DNA of 52,669 bases. It comes from Chitinivibrionales bacterium. Its GTDB lineage: Bacteria; Fibrobacterota; Chitinivibrionia; Chitinivibrionales; WJKA01. A program made the translations under genes and the position numbers. The stretch is taken from NCBI GenBank assembly GCA_038247415.1, contig JBBRUX010000026.1, positions 1 to 52,669 on the forward strand. Direction: 5' to 3'. Position 1 is the first letter of the stretch, and each line of letters opens with the position of its first letter. This document shows, in pieces, positions 1 to 9,497 of the stretch. Under the pieces are notes generated by a model that saw nothing but the letters and a program-made list of their open reading frames with translations, was not told the origin of the DNA and searched no databases.

Positions 1-49
1 ATACAAGCGATAATTAAACGCGCTAACGGTTACAGAAACAGAGAACGTC

Positions 50-352
50 TCAAACGGGATTTATACTTCCATCTTGGAAACTTAAACATGTACCCTGACG
101 TTTCTCTATGAGAAAATCACCCGAAAATGTCTGAAGCACCAGTTTTATAAACAGGGAAATTTTAAGAGACGAGATTGTTTTTCCTGCGATACTATCACCA
201 CAGTAGCTGCGCGTGTTGGACAATCCAAGCTTTTTGCAGATATATGCTTTGGTAAACTCTTGATCAACACTATGGCGATAATCATAGTAATCGCATAGAT
301 AAGCTCTGAAATTATTATAGTCGTAGATAACGGGTTTTTCGTTCATATTCAT
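50..352 (-). pseudogene. TIGR02147-family protein, N-terminal fragment only
   Basis: Start 'PVIYDYNNFRAYLCDYY' parallels 'PSIFDYTDYREYLRDFY' of the 6273-7151 paralog. Similarity ends after ~70 aa (near nt 140); the paralog is ~290 aa. Confidence 0.7.
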
Positions 353-704
353 TTCATTGTCTTAGGTTGTATTCGATCAATACAGGTGCGACTCTTACAA
401 TTGTCTTCTGTTATAAGAATAGCTCATAGCAGGCGATACTGCAACCTACTGGATGTGCATTTATTTGAGTACATTGCTATAACCCCTGCAACTCGATGTG
501 CAAAATACACGATGGAGCCAGAAATAAAGTCCAAAAATGGCACAAGCAGCATAGAATGTGGCTTTTAACAGTTCCTGTAAACGTGCCTTGCGCGGGATCG
601 AACGTAGTGGATTGGCGTTCTTATTCGGTGAATTCTCGCCGTAAACTCGCACCGCAGGGGATTTTATGCTGTTGCGGAATTTTTTTAAGATAGAAAACTA
701 TATA

Positions 705-737
705 GGGAAAGCCACAAACATGCGTTTCTGGCTTCCC
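705..737 (-). terminator. Putative intrinsic terminator of the ArsR/CoA-disulfide reductase operon
   Basis: Imperfect stem GGGAAAGCCA...TGGCTTCCC about 20 nt past the stop at 759. Confidence 0.45.
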
Positions 738-758
738 ACAACAAAAAAAACATACTTA

Positions 759-3209
759 TTAGACAAAAATATTATAGTTGGCACCATCCGCTTTATCGAG
801 ATAATACGAAACACCGCCAAATTCGATACCATCAATAAGCTCTTCCTTTTTTATTCCCATGATATCCATTGACATCGTGCAAGCAATCATTTTGATACCA
901 TTTTTTTGAGCGGCAGCCATAAGATCAGGCAGCGATATAACATTTTTCTTTTTCATCTCCATCTGCATCATCATGGTACCCATGCCTCCCATATTCATCT
1001 TCGAAAGCGTAGTTTTTTTAGCACCCCGCGGCATCATCATCGAAAACATAAATTCGGTAATTGATTTTTTAACCTTAACGGCGGCATCTTTACGCAAGAG
1101 ATTGAGTCCCCAAAAGGTAAAAAAGAGGCAGACTTCACTTCCCATTGCTACAGCGCCATTTGCAATAATAAAAGCAGCCATCATTTTATCGAAATCATTT
1201 GAAAATATCACCATTGTTTTCCGATTTTGACCACTTTCCGGCACTTTGCAGACATCGCGCGTTCCCCCTTTTTTAACAACGGCACTAAAGATACCATCTT
1301 TTTGAACCAGTGAAATAAGGGAATTATTGGTTCTAACGCACCACGCAGGTACATCGGCCGCAAAGCCCTGATCTGTTGCACGAATTTCGAGTGACTCTCC
1401 ATCTGCCAGTGAATCAACGCCCGTTTTAAGCTTCATGATAGGCCCGGGACATTGCATTCCGCATGCGTCAACAACTTTTGAAGGTGTAACAATCTGGGTA
1501 TCAACCGACACAGACGAACACGCGGCCTCTCGAACAGACTTGACATATGTTGAATCATAGCTTACCGTTTGCGCAGTAGAAAAAGTTTTGTATCCACCAG
1601 AAAGGTTTCGAGCTTTGAACCCATTTTGAAGCAGAATACGCGCAGCTAAATAGCCCCGCAACCCAACCTGACAATACACCATAATTTCTTTGCTCTTGTC
1701 GAGCTCTTGCAAACGACTCCGTAAAGCATCAATCGGAATATTAAGAGAATTGTCGATTGCACCTTGCTCATGCTCTAGCTTTGTTCGCACATCAAGAAGG
1801 ATTTGCGTGGCCGGATTTACAGAAGAAATATCTTCGGCATAAAAAGCACACATTTTTCCACGTAAAATATTTTCGGCAACAAATCCTGCCATGTTTACAG
1901 GGTCTTTTGCACTTCCATAAGGTGGCGCATACGCCAGTTCCAATTCCGAAAGATCAAAAACTGTCAAGTTATGACGAATCGCAGTGGCAAAAACATCTAT
2001 ACGTTTATCAACCCCATCCTTACCTATTACCTGAGCTCCCAAAAGACGTCCCGTAGCAGGATCAAAGAGAATTTTTATAGAAATCGGGAATGCACCCGGG
2101 TAATATCCCGCATGGCTTGATCCGTGAGTATACGATTTAACAAAAGGGATTGCCCATTTCCGTGCATTTTTCTCATTGAGGCCGGTAACCGCTGCCGTAA
2201 GATCGAATACCTTGCAGATAGCTGTTCCTTGAGTATTTTTATAGGTAGAGTCGATTCCGCAGATCACATCTGCAGCAATCCGACCTTGCCTGTTTGCGGG
2301 ACCAGCAAGCGGAACATGCACTTTTTTGCCAGAAATAAAATCCACGACTTCGCATGCATCACCAACAGCAAAGACATCAGGAGCAGAAGTTTTCATGGTA
2401 TTGTCAACAATGATGGTGCCCCGGTCGGAACATTCGATGCCGGAATTCTTTACAAATACAGTATCGGGTTTAACACCGATAGCAAGAATTATCAGTTCGG
2501 TTGGTATTCGTTCACCACTTTTGAGAATAAGCTCAGCTTTGTCGGCACCCATATCTTCTATGCCGTCTACCCCATCGGAGAGAATGAGCCGTACTCCGCT
2601 CATGGTCATATGCTGATGCAAAATGGTAGCCATTTCCTTATCTGCAGGCATAAAAACCTGATCCATAAGTTCAACGAGCGTAACATCCATTCCTCTATGG
2701 CGCAGGCTTTCGGCCATTTCTAAACCAATAAAGCCTCCGCCCACAACAACTGCTCGTTGAGCGCGCTTAGAATCTACATAGGCCTTGATTTTGTCGGTAT
2801 CGGGAATTGTTCTAAGAGTAAATACGATTGGAGAAGCAATGCCTTTTAAAGGCGGCTTAATAGGTGCGGTTCCTGGGGACAACACCAAAGAATCGTATGA
2901 TTCTGTAAACGTTGTTCCTTTATTCGAAACTGTAACTGTTTTGTTTTTTGTATCAATTGCAGTTACTTCGCATTCGGTACGAACGATAACATTAAATCGC
3001 TCTTTGAATTTTTGCGGAGTTTGAATTATGAGATTTTCGCGATCTTTGATTGTTTCCCCGATGTAATAGGGCAAGCCGCAATTGGCATAAGAGATATACT
3101 CCCCTTTTTCAAACATCACAATTTCTGCTTTTTCGTCTAGTCGTCTCAGGCGCGCTGCACAGCTTGCCCCACCAGCCACACCTCCAACAATCACGATCTT
3201 TTTAGCCAC
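759..3209 (-). CDS. CoA-disulfide/persulfide reductase fused to rhodanese, TusA(SirA) and DsrE-like domains
   Basis: GGVAGG FAD motif, SYANCGLPY redox Cys, GGGFIGLE, YAPPY; rhodanese YCQVGLRG; TusA DACGMQCPGP; DsrE FFTFWGL/ACTMSM. GTG start with AGGAG RBS. Confidence 0.92.
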   Translation of the reverse strand: MAKKIVIVGGVAGGASCAARLRRLDEKAEIVMFEKGEYISYANCGLPYYIGETIKDRENLIIQTPQKFKERFNVIVRTECEVTAIDTKNKTVTVSNKGTTFTESYDSLVLSPGTAPIKPPLKGIASPIVFTLRTIPDTDKIKAYVDSKRAQRAVVVGGGFIGLEMAESLRHRGMDVTLVELMDQVFMPADKEMATILHQHMTMSGVRLILSDGVDGIEDMGADKAELILKSGERIPTELIILAIGVKPDTVFVKNSGIECSDRGTIIVDNTMKTSAPDVFAVGDACEVVDFISGKKVHVPLAGPANRQGRIAADVICGIDSTYKNTQGTAICKVFDLTAAVTGLNEKNARKWAIPFVKSYTHGSSHAGYYPGAFPISIKILFDPATGRLLGAQVIGKDGVDKRIDVFATAIRHNLTVFDLSELELAYAPPYGSAKDPVNMAGFVAENILRGKMCAFYAEDISSVNPATQILLDVRTKLEHEQGAIDNSLNIPIDALRSRLQELDKSKEIMVYCQVGLRGYLAARILLQNGFKARNLSGGYKTFSTAQTVSYDSTYVKSVREAACSSVSVDTQIVTPSKVVDACGMQCPGPIMKLKTGVDSLADGESLEIRATDQGFAADVPAWCVRTNNSLISLVQKDGIFSAVVKKGGTRDVCKVPESGQNRKTMVIFSNDFDKMMAAFIIANGAVAMGSEVCLFFTFWGLNLLRKDAAVKVKKSITEFMFSMMMPRGAKKTTLSKMNMGGMGTMMMQMEMKKKNVISLPDLMAAAQKNGIKMIACTMSMDIMGIKKEELIDGIEFGGVSYYLDKADGANYNIFV

Positions 3210-3237
3210 AATAAACTCCTTATCATAAATAGGTTAC

Positions 3238-3549
3238 CTATTGCATAAGCGCATTTAAATATATTGTCTCTGTTTGCACGCCAACAAGTTGTTTTTCAAC
3301 TTTACCGTTTTTAAAAATGAGAACTGTAGGAATGCCTGTAATGCTGTATTTTGATGCTGTAAGCGGATTCTCATCCACATTCATCTTGAATACGTTTGCC
3401 TTGCCCGCAGTCTTGTTCGCAACCACATCAATAATTGGCCCAGCAAGCCGACACGGGCCACACCACGGAGCCCAAAAATCTACAAGTACCGGTAATTCAC
3501 TCGCCAACACTTCGGTTGCAAAACGCCCATCAGTAGTTTCTAAAGACAT
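3238..3549 (-). CDS. trxA: Thioredoxin
   Basis: VDFWAPWCGPCR, 103 aa, GGAG RBS. Confidence 0.95.
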   Translation of the reverse strand: MSLETTDGRFATEVLASELPVLVDFWAPWCGPCRLAGPIIDVVANKTAGKANVFKMNVDENPLTASKYSITGIPTVLIFKNGKVEKQLVGVQTETIYLNALMQ

Positions 3550-3594
3550 ATAATACTCTCCTCTTAAAATAGATAATACATTATTGAGATCCCG

Positions 3595-3990
3595 TCACTT
3601 AACAACAGAAAAACCGGCTCTAGTCCAAGCTCCAATACCCCCTGAGAGGTTTTCTACATTAGCAAAGCCCTTGTTTTTGAGCATACCAAAGGCCATTGCA
3701 GACCGGTTTCCCGAATGACAATATACTATAATACGTTTCTGCTTAACCGTATCAAGTTCCGAAATCCGAGAACTCAATTCTCCCACGGATATGAGCCTGC
3801 TTCCTTTTATATGCCCACTCTTGAATTCGCCATCCGAACGAACATCCAAAAACACAACGTTGGAATCTTTGAGCAATTCCGCTGCAGATGTAGGTGATAT
3901 GTTAGATGTGTTTCTTCTACTAAATACATTGAGCAGGATGAAAGCCACAACAATTACAATTCCAATCACAATTCCCGTTTGCATAATCAT
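3595..3990 (-). CDS. Membrane-anchored rhodanese-like sulfurtransferase
   Basis: N-terminal hydrophobic helix, LDVR...GHIKG, active-site loop YCHSGNRS, GGIGAW. Confidence 0.9.
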   Translation of the reverse strand: MIMQTGIVIGIVIVVAFILLNVFSRRNTSNISPTSAAELLKDSNVVFLDVRSDGEFKSGHIKGSRLISVGELSSRISELDTVKQKRIIVYCHSGNRSAMAFGMLKNKGFANVENLSGGIGAWTRAGFSVVK

Positions 3991-4031
3991 ACTCCTTGGT
4001 TAATTTGCCTCTATTACAATTAATATTAATG

Positions 4032-4214
4032 CTATCTTCCCCATCCACCAGCAAAAACTGCCCCAATTAATGAGCCGTAGAGCGTGCTTACATAAGGATT
4101 GCTTGTAATCGGACACGTACCCGACGAACAGCCTACAATTTTATAATACAAAAATCCTCCAATACCACCAATCACCACGCCCAAAACAATTTTTAAAAAC
4201 ATTAACCCCTCCAT
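4032..4214 (-). CDS. Small membrane protein, DUF6132-like
   Basis: Two TM helices flanking GCSSGTCPITSNP; operon context with rhodanese/thioredoxin. Confidence 0.75.
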   Translation of the reverse strand: MEGLMFLKIVLGVVIGGIGGFLYYKIVGCSSGTCPITSNPYVSTLYGSLIGAVFAGGWGR

Positions 4215-4227
4215 GTTTAAATATTAA

Positions 4228-4249
4228 TATATTCTTATATTCATATATA
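4228..4249. promoter_or_regulatory. Putative ArsR operator, copy 1
   Basis: TATATTCTTATATTCATATATA; 20/22 identical to 4571-4592; immediately upstream of the 4214 start. Confidence 0.6.
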
Positions 4250-4262
4250 TTCAAGAAAAAAA

Positions 4263-4526
4263 TCATCTCAAACTAGAAACAACATTTTTTGCATCTTCGT
4301 TGCATACCATATAAAGAATTTGATTTCCAACTCGTTCCCCCGAAAGAACGCCAGCAGCTTTAAGAATGTTAAGGTGCTGTGAAACCGTAGGCTGAGGAAC
4401 CTTGGTGCATTCAACCATTGCCGCAACATTTTGTTCACCCGCCATTAGGCCCTCTACGATGCAAAAACGAATAGGATGTGCAAGAGCCTTGAGAATCGCA
4501 GCTTTTTTTTTGTGGTGGATGTTCAT
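4263..4526 (-). CDS. ArsR/SmtB-family repressor (possible persulfide sensor)
   Basis: LKALAHPIRF..., VSQHLNILKAAG winged HTH; three Cys; heads the sulfurtransferase operon. Confidence 0.9.
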   Translation of the reverse strand: MNIHHKKKAAILKALAHPIRFCIVEGLMAGEQNVAAMVECTKVPQPTVSQHLNILKAAGVLSGERVGNQILYMVCNEDAKNVVSSLR

Positions 4527-4570
4527 ATACCTGCTCTTGAGTTTAGATAAGGGAAAGTAATATTGTTTCG

Positions 4571-4592
4571 TATATTCGTATATTAATATATA
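4571..4592. promoter_or_regulatory. Putative ArsR operator, copy 2
   Basis: TATATTCGTATATTAATATATA, containing the dyad TATATT-N8-AATATA, 45 nt upstream of arsR. Confidence 0.65.
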
Positions 4593-4755
4593 CTAAAACG
4601 ATAAGAAAGTCAAATCCAAAAACTAAACTGCACATTGATCGCTTTAAGATAGCCGTCTGGGTAACGATTTACTCTTTCACAACAATTGCACCCCGTGTAC
4701 GCGCAAATCAACCGCACTCATTTTCGTGGATATATGCAATGAAGCAAGACTTCAC

Positions 4756-6114
4756 TCAACCAATTAAATTCTTCCCATTGGTTTTAATAACCGACCGATA
4801 CCAATGCGCAGAATCCTTTACAATTCGTTGTTGAGTTACATGATCAACATAAATAAGCCCAAATCGAGGAAAATAGCCTTCTGCCCATTCGAAATTATCC
4901 ATGAGCGACCAATGGAAATAGCCTCTGATATCTATGCCATCATTTGTTGCTTTTAAGAGAGTAGTTAGATATTTTTGGGTAAAATCAATTCTTTGGGGAT
5001 CATGAACTTTCCCATCCTGAGAGATCACATCGGTAAGTGCCACACCATTCTCTGTAATGTAAATAGGAAGTTTGTAACGCTCATAAAAAAACTTGGGGCC
5101 ATAATAGAGAGCTTCTGGCTCTATGCTCCAATGCATCAATGTTCGCGGCATATTAATAGGCTCAAGAAAAAATTCATATCCCCCATCCAAAGCAGCGCGA
5201 ACTTTTCTACCACTATAAATATTGGCGCAAAAATAATCGAGCGGCTGATGAATGATATCCATGTCACCGGATTGGACAAACCCAAGATATGGTGCATTAA
5301 CCTTTAAGCCATTTTTTGGATATTCCCCCAAATAAACAGGATCCATCCACCATGCGTTTGTAACTCCTTCATGCATCGGTGTATCAAATGTTGCAAGACG
5401 GGCTACATTGATAGCATCGACAGCATTAGTTTCCGGAATATTGACACAACCAACTGGTGCAAACCCAACCTTGCATCCAGGTTCCCCATACATGCGAATT
5501 GTTTGAACTGCATTTCCATGAGCGAGCAAAACATTATGCGACATGCGCAACAATTCGGCCCAATCATGATGTTCACCTGGTGCATGTACGCCGCTGTTAT
5601 ATCCTAAATGAATGAAGGCTTGCGGCTCATTAAAGGTAATCCAGTTTTTTGCCCGATCAGAAAGCTTTTCAATAACAATGCGTGTATATTCTGCAAACCA
5701 GTTACTGACATCCCTATTAAGCCATCCTCCCCGATAATGAAGTTCCAGTGGCAAATCCCAATGATACAGAGTAATAAAGGGGACAATTCCAGCTTCAAGC
5801 AGATTATCAACAAGTTTGGTATAAAAATCTAAACCTTTTTGATTTACCGTACCTGTGCCGTTGGGTAAAATTCGAGGCCATGAAATTGACATACGGTATG
5901 AATTAAGACCAACCTCCTGCATAAGCGCGATATCTTGACTAACTCGATTATAATGATCACAGGCATTGGTTGCATCGTGGTTATTCCAGATCGTTCCTTT
6001 TTTCTGAGAAAAATAATCCCATACCGACAGCCCTTTTCCATCTGTGTCCCAGGAACCTTCAACCTGAAACGCACATGTTGAGGCTCCCCATGCAAAATCG
6101 GGATTAAAGGCGAT
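4756..6114 (-). CDS. GH1 beta-glucosidase; homology extends to an ATC codon at 6114
   Basis: TFNEP and ITENG catalytic motifs. The frame stays open upstream of ATG 5922 with AFNPDFAWGASTCAFQVEG...ACDHY. AAGGA RBS lies 6 nt before the ATC, with an in-frame TGA just upstream. Confidence 0.85.
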   Translation of the reverse strand: MAFNPDFAWGASTCAFQVEGSWDTDGKGLSVWDYFSQKKGTIWNNHDATNACDHYNRVSQDIALMQEVGLNSYRMSISWPRILPNGTGTVNQKGLDFYTKLVDNLLEAGIVPFITLYHWDLPLELHYRGGWLNRDVSNWFAEYTRIVIEKLSDRAKNWITFNEPQAFIHLGYNSGVHAPGEHHDWAELLRMSHNVLLAHGNAVQTIRMYGEPGCKVGFAPVGCVNIPETNAVDAINVARLATFDTPMHEGVTNAWWMDPVYLGEYPKNGLKVNAPYLGFVQSGDMDIIHQPLDYFCANIYSGRKVRAALDGGYEFFLEPINMPRTLMHWSIEPEALYYGPKFFYERYKLPIYITENGVALTDVISQDGKVHDPQRIDFTQKYLTTLLKATNDGIDIRGYFHWSLMDNFEWAEGYFPRFGLIYVDHVTQQRIVKDSAHWYRSVIKTNGKNLIG

Positions 6115-6272
6115 GATGTTTCCTTTTCAAAATTTTAGATTCAATTAAATCGCTACTTTGAGCAATGAATAAAATAGACCATGCCCTGCATCACAAAAAC
6201 CGAGTAACATGAATGTGACCAATAAGTGTACCATTGTGACGATGCTCTTTCCATCGAATGAATGCGAATCTT

Positions 6273-7151
6273 CTAAAACAATTGCAGCAGCCCCGGGCAC
6301 AGTTCTAATTTTGTGTAATGAGAATTTAACACCAACGAATGATAAACTCGATCGGGTGATGTATCATTCTCTGCCATGAGCAGCAGCTTCTTACGCAATG
6401 CTGCCACCTCTTCCTTCATTGCAGTATAGGTTTTTGCCGAAACGCTCAACGTCAATGTTGACATGTCAAGTAATGAGGTTGGATGGCGATCGTAAGCTTC
6501 TTTTCCCAGGTCGACCATCGCGCGTTGAAATCGCATGACATTCATCGATTCGACTTTCTTATCGCCCGAAAGTCTGCCCGTGGTAATCGATGAGTTGACA
6601 AGAGAACACGTTCCATCCTCACACTTTTCTATGAACCCCAGCCGCAAGAGCAGTTCGATCGCCCGACGCACTTCATCTGCTGATATTGGTGGCATCAACT
6701 GCTTGCCAAGCGCCGCATAATCACCCGAGAACGCATAAAAGGAAATAAGGGCCCGTACGGCGCTATAATGCCAATGTGAATAGTACTCGAATTTACCGGA
6801 GACAATCACCACAGACGAAGCTTCACAACAGGCAAGCATGCGCTCGAAGAATAACTTACGCTCATCAAGAGTCTTCGCTTCGCAGAAATAAACCATATTC
6901 TCGAAGTATTCGGCTTGTCGTTTTGAGTGGCCGAGTGCCTTGGAAAATTTAACAACCAATGATCTGCCCAAAGATTGTCGTCCTTCGATAACGTCTTTGT
7001 AAAGACCTACGGAATTTATGCCGGCTTTATTCGAAAAGTAGCGATAGGAAAAAGCGGACTTTGTGCGTTTCTGCTGTGCATAGAAGTCGCGCAGATACTC
7101 GCGGTAGTCGGTATAGTCGAATATGCTGGGGACGCTTGGTAGTGTCTGCAT
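6273..7151 (-). CDS. TIGR02147-family (Fibrobacterota paralogous, HTH-containing) protein
   Basis: IFDYTDYREYLRDFY, FSYRYFS, YYSHWHYSAVR, MSTLTLSVS, DRVY. The tail after DRVYH looks atypical and may be replaced. Confidence 0.85.
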   Translation of the reverse strand: MQTLPSVPSIFDYTDYREYLRDFYAQQKRTKSAFSYRYFSNKAGINSVGLYKDVIEGRQSLGRSLVVKFSKALGHSKRQAEYFENMVYFCEAKTLDERKLFFERMLACCEASSVVIVSGKFEYYSHWHYSAVRALISFYAFSGDYAALGKQLMPPISADEVRRAIELLLRLGFIEKCEDGTCSLVNSSITTGRLSGDKKVESMNVMRFQRAMVDLGKEAYDRHPTSLLDMSTLTLSVSAKTYTAMKEEVAALRKKLLLMAENDTSPDRVYHSLVLNSHYTKLELCPGLLQLF

Positions 7152-7228
7152 CGCTTTTAGTTTCTAGAAAGTGTTTAATGATAATATAGCCATTTTTTTG
7201 TAAAAAAGGGGGACTAAAGTTTCTTTTC

Positions 7229-7248
7229 TGTTCCGATCACACGGAACA
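7229..7248. promoter_or_regulatory. Perfect dyad TGTTCCG-N6-CGGAACA, candidate operator
   Basis: In the divergent intergenic region; a second half-site CACGGAACA lies at 7352-7360. Confidence 0.45.
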
Positions 7249-7639
7249 TAGCAATATCAGAACTAGCTTACAATTTGTTGTGAAATAAATAAGTTATGAC
7301 AATAATAGCCTTGTAGAATCCAGAATTAAACGTACACAATAGCGAGCGATTCACGGAACAGTAGTAATCTCGATGGAAATGGCGGGAATGCCGCCTTACG
7401 AAAGACATCAGCCTGACAGTACCTCTTGTCCACCAAGTTTGCTAACACCACTTCTGAGGTGGTGGCATATATGTCACCTAATTTTGCCATAATCGAATGG
7501 TTTTTAAGCCCATTGCACCCTATTTGTGTGTATCTTTTGAGAGACAACTTTTAGTTTGCTAAATACAAATTTGCGCATTTAGAAATTAAACTTTGTTTCT
7601 TCGATATTAATTAATCACCAGTACAAGGAGGATCAAGAA

Positions 7640-9418
7640 ATGAAACGCTCAAGCACTCAAATCGGGCTTCTAGCATTGTTTTTGACACTTACTATGAACT
7701 CTGCTGCTCAATCTGCTAATGTGTGGGCAGTTGATGCTCATGGCAATATCACCCTTAACGGCTCGGTATTCTGCGTGAAAGGTGGATCTTGGTTTGGACT
7801 TGAAGGAAGGTATGAGATTCCAGGCGATGCTGTCAACCCAAGAGGCGCACCCATGGAAATGTTTATGGGGAATGTGTTTTGGAATCCAAGCAGTCGCACA
7901 CTCGCCTCTGATGCAGCCGAGATAAAAAAACTGGGATTCAATGCTATCAGATTGCCACTTGTTCCGCAAACTCTCGATGACAACGATCCGCAGGGCAAAG
8001 ATCCTGTCCTAAAAAATTCTCCTGGTGTGCGCGTTCAAGGCGCCTTTGCAGCACTCAAGGCAACGATCAAAGCATGTTCAGATGCTGGACTTTATGTTCT
8101 TTTAGACGTTCACTCCTGTTCTAACTATGTAGGCTGGAGGAAGGGTCGTTTGGACGCACGTCCACCGTGGTCAGACGCAACCCGTGACAACTACGATTAC
8201 AAACGAGAAGATTGTTCCTGCTCTGGCACAGGGAATCCCAGCACCGTTACTCGTATTCAGGCATATGATGAAACAAAGTGGTTGGCAAACCTTAAAACGC
8301 TTGCAGGTCTGGGAGCATCAATGGGTGTTGATAATATCATGGGTATTGACATTTTCAATGAACCATGGGACTACAGTTGGAGCGAATGGAAAACCTTAGT
8401 TGAGCATGCTTACACAGCAATCAATTCGGTGAATCCCAACATTCTATTGTATGTCGAGGGAATTGGTGGCTCGAATGGTAATCAGGATGGTACTCCAGCT
8501 ACAACCACTAAGACACCTCACGGGAATGAAACAATCACAAATCCCAACTGGGGCGAAAACCTGTATGAAGCAGGTGCGAATCCACCGAATGTGCCGAAAA
8601 GCAAGATCGTATTTTCACCTCACTGTTATGGTCCATCGGTTTGCCCACAGCCAATGTTTGCAGCACAAGGCGCTGATCTAAAGTGTCAAAGTGCGGTAGA
8701 AGATTCTTTCGGTAATTTAAAATGCCCAATGGTGATTGAACAAGACCGGCTTGAAATTGGATGGCAAGAGCATTTCGGGTATTTGAAAGCTATGGGATAT
8801 GCGATTTGTATTGGAGAGTTTGGTGGCAACATGGATTGGCCGAACAAGACCGATGCTCGAATTGCAAACCGCTATAGCTATCTCACTGACAAAACGCTTG
8901 ATCAACAATGGCAGAATGCATTTGTTAAATATTTAATCAAGATGGGAATTAATAATTCTTTCTACTGGTCGATCAATCCCGAGTCCGGCGATACGTATGG
9001 TATTTTTAACACAACCTACGATCCAGTCACTAATAAAAGTGGTTGGGGTGCATGGACAGACACAGATGCACGGAAGCTCGCATTGTTAAAGAAACTCTGG
9101 GATGCAGGTGCAACGGGAGTTGCACCTGGAGCCGAGGCTAAAAATGGTGCTGCTGTAAAGAGTTCTATTTTCCATGTATCAAGTACAGGGGTAATTACCT
9201 ATGTATTACCGAAAGCATCCGATGTGTCGCTTAGTCTGTATAGTCTAAACGGACGGGTACAGTCTGAAGTAATCAGTCAACGGCAAGATGCAGGCACTCA
9301 TACCGTTGAATTGCGTAAAAAGAACGCTACGACCGGACCTTGTATGGCTGTATTAAAAACTGGTGAAAGTGTAAACAAACAACTGGTCTACTTTACACAA
9401 AATAATTTTTCTCATTGA
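7640..9418 (+). CDS. Secreted GH5 endoglucanase-like protein with C-terminal sorting domain
   Basis: Signal peptide, GFNAIRLP, LLDVH, IFNEP, FSPHCYGP, IGEFGG, FYWSINPESGDT; tail LSLYSLNGR; AAGGAGG RBS. Confidence 0.9.
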   Translation: MKRSSTQIGLLALFLTLTMNSAAQSANVWAVDAHGNITLNGSVFCVKGGSWFGLEGRYEIPGDAVNPRGAPMEMFMGNVFWNPSSRTLASDAAEIKKLGFNAIRLPLVPQTLDDNDPQGKDPVLKNSPGVRVQGAFAALKATIKACSDAGLYVLLDVHSCSNYVGWRKGRLDARPPWSDATRDNYDYKREDCSCSGTGNPSTVTRIQAYDETKWLANLKTLAGLGASMGVDNIMGIDIFNEPWDYSWSEWKTLVEHAYTAINSVNPNILLYVEGIGGSNGNQDGTPATTTKTPHGNETITNPNWGENLYEAGANPPNVPKSKIVFSPHCYGPSVCPQPMFAAQGADLKCQSAVEDSFGNLKCPMVIEQDRLEIGWQEHFGYLKAMGYAICIGEFGGNMDWPNKTDARIANRYSYLTDKTLDQQWQNAFVKYLIKMGINNSFYWSINPESGDTYGIFNTTYDPVTNKSGWGAWTDTDARKLALLKKLWDAGATGVAPGAEAKNGAAVKSSIFHVSSTGVITYVLPKASDVSLSLYSLNGRVQSEVISQRQDAGTHTVELRKKNATTGPCMAVLKTGESVNKQLVYFTQNNFSH

Positions 9419-9497
9419 TTGATAGACATCTCGATTTTTCGGGGAAAATTCAGAACGTTGAGAACCCTCGTTGCCACACTCGATCGTGGCAACGAGG

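Noticed and set aside
496..693. Possible sorting-tail remnant (VDW...RKLAPQGI)
   Set aside because: Resemblance too weak and short to call.
5844..6095. 83-aa ORF suggesting a GH1 frameshift
   Set aside because: Shadow frame; the true GH1 N-terminus is in frame with the main ORF.
6214..6240. TGTGAC direct repeat with 21-bp period upstream of GH1
   Set aside because: Only 6 bp; could be chance.
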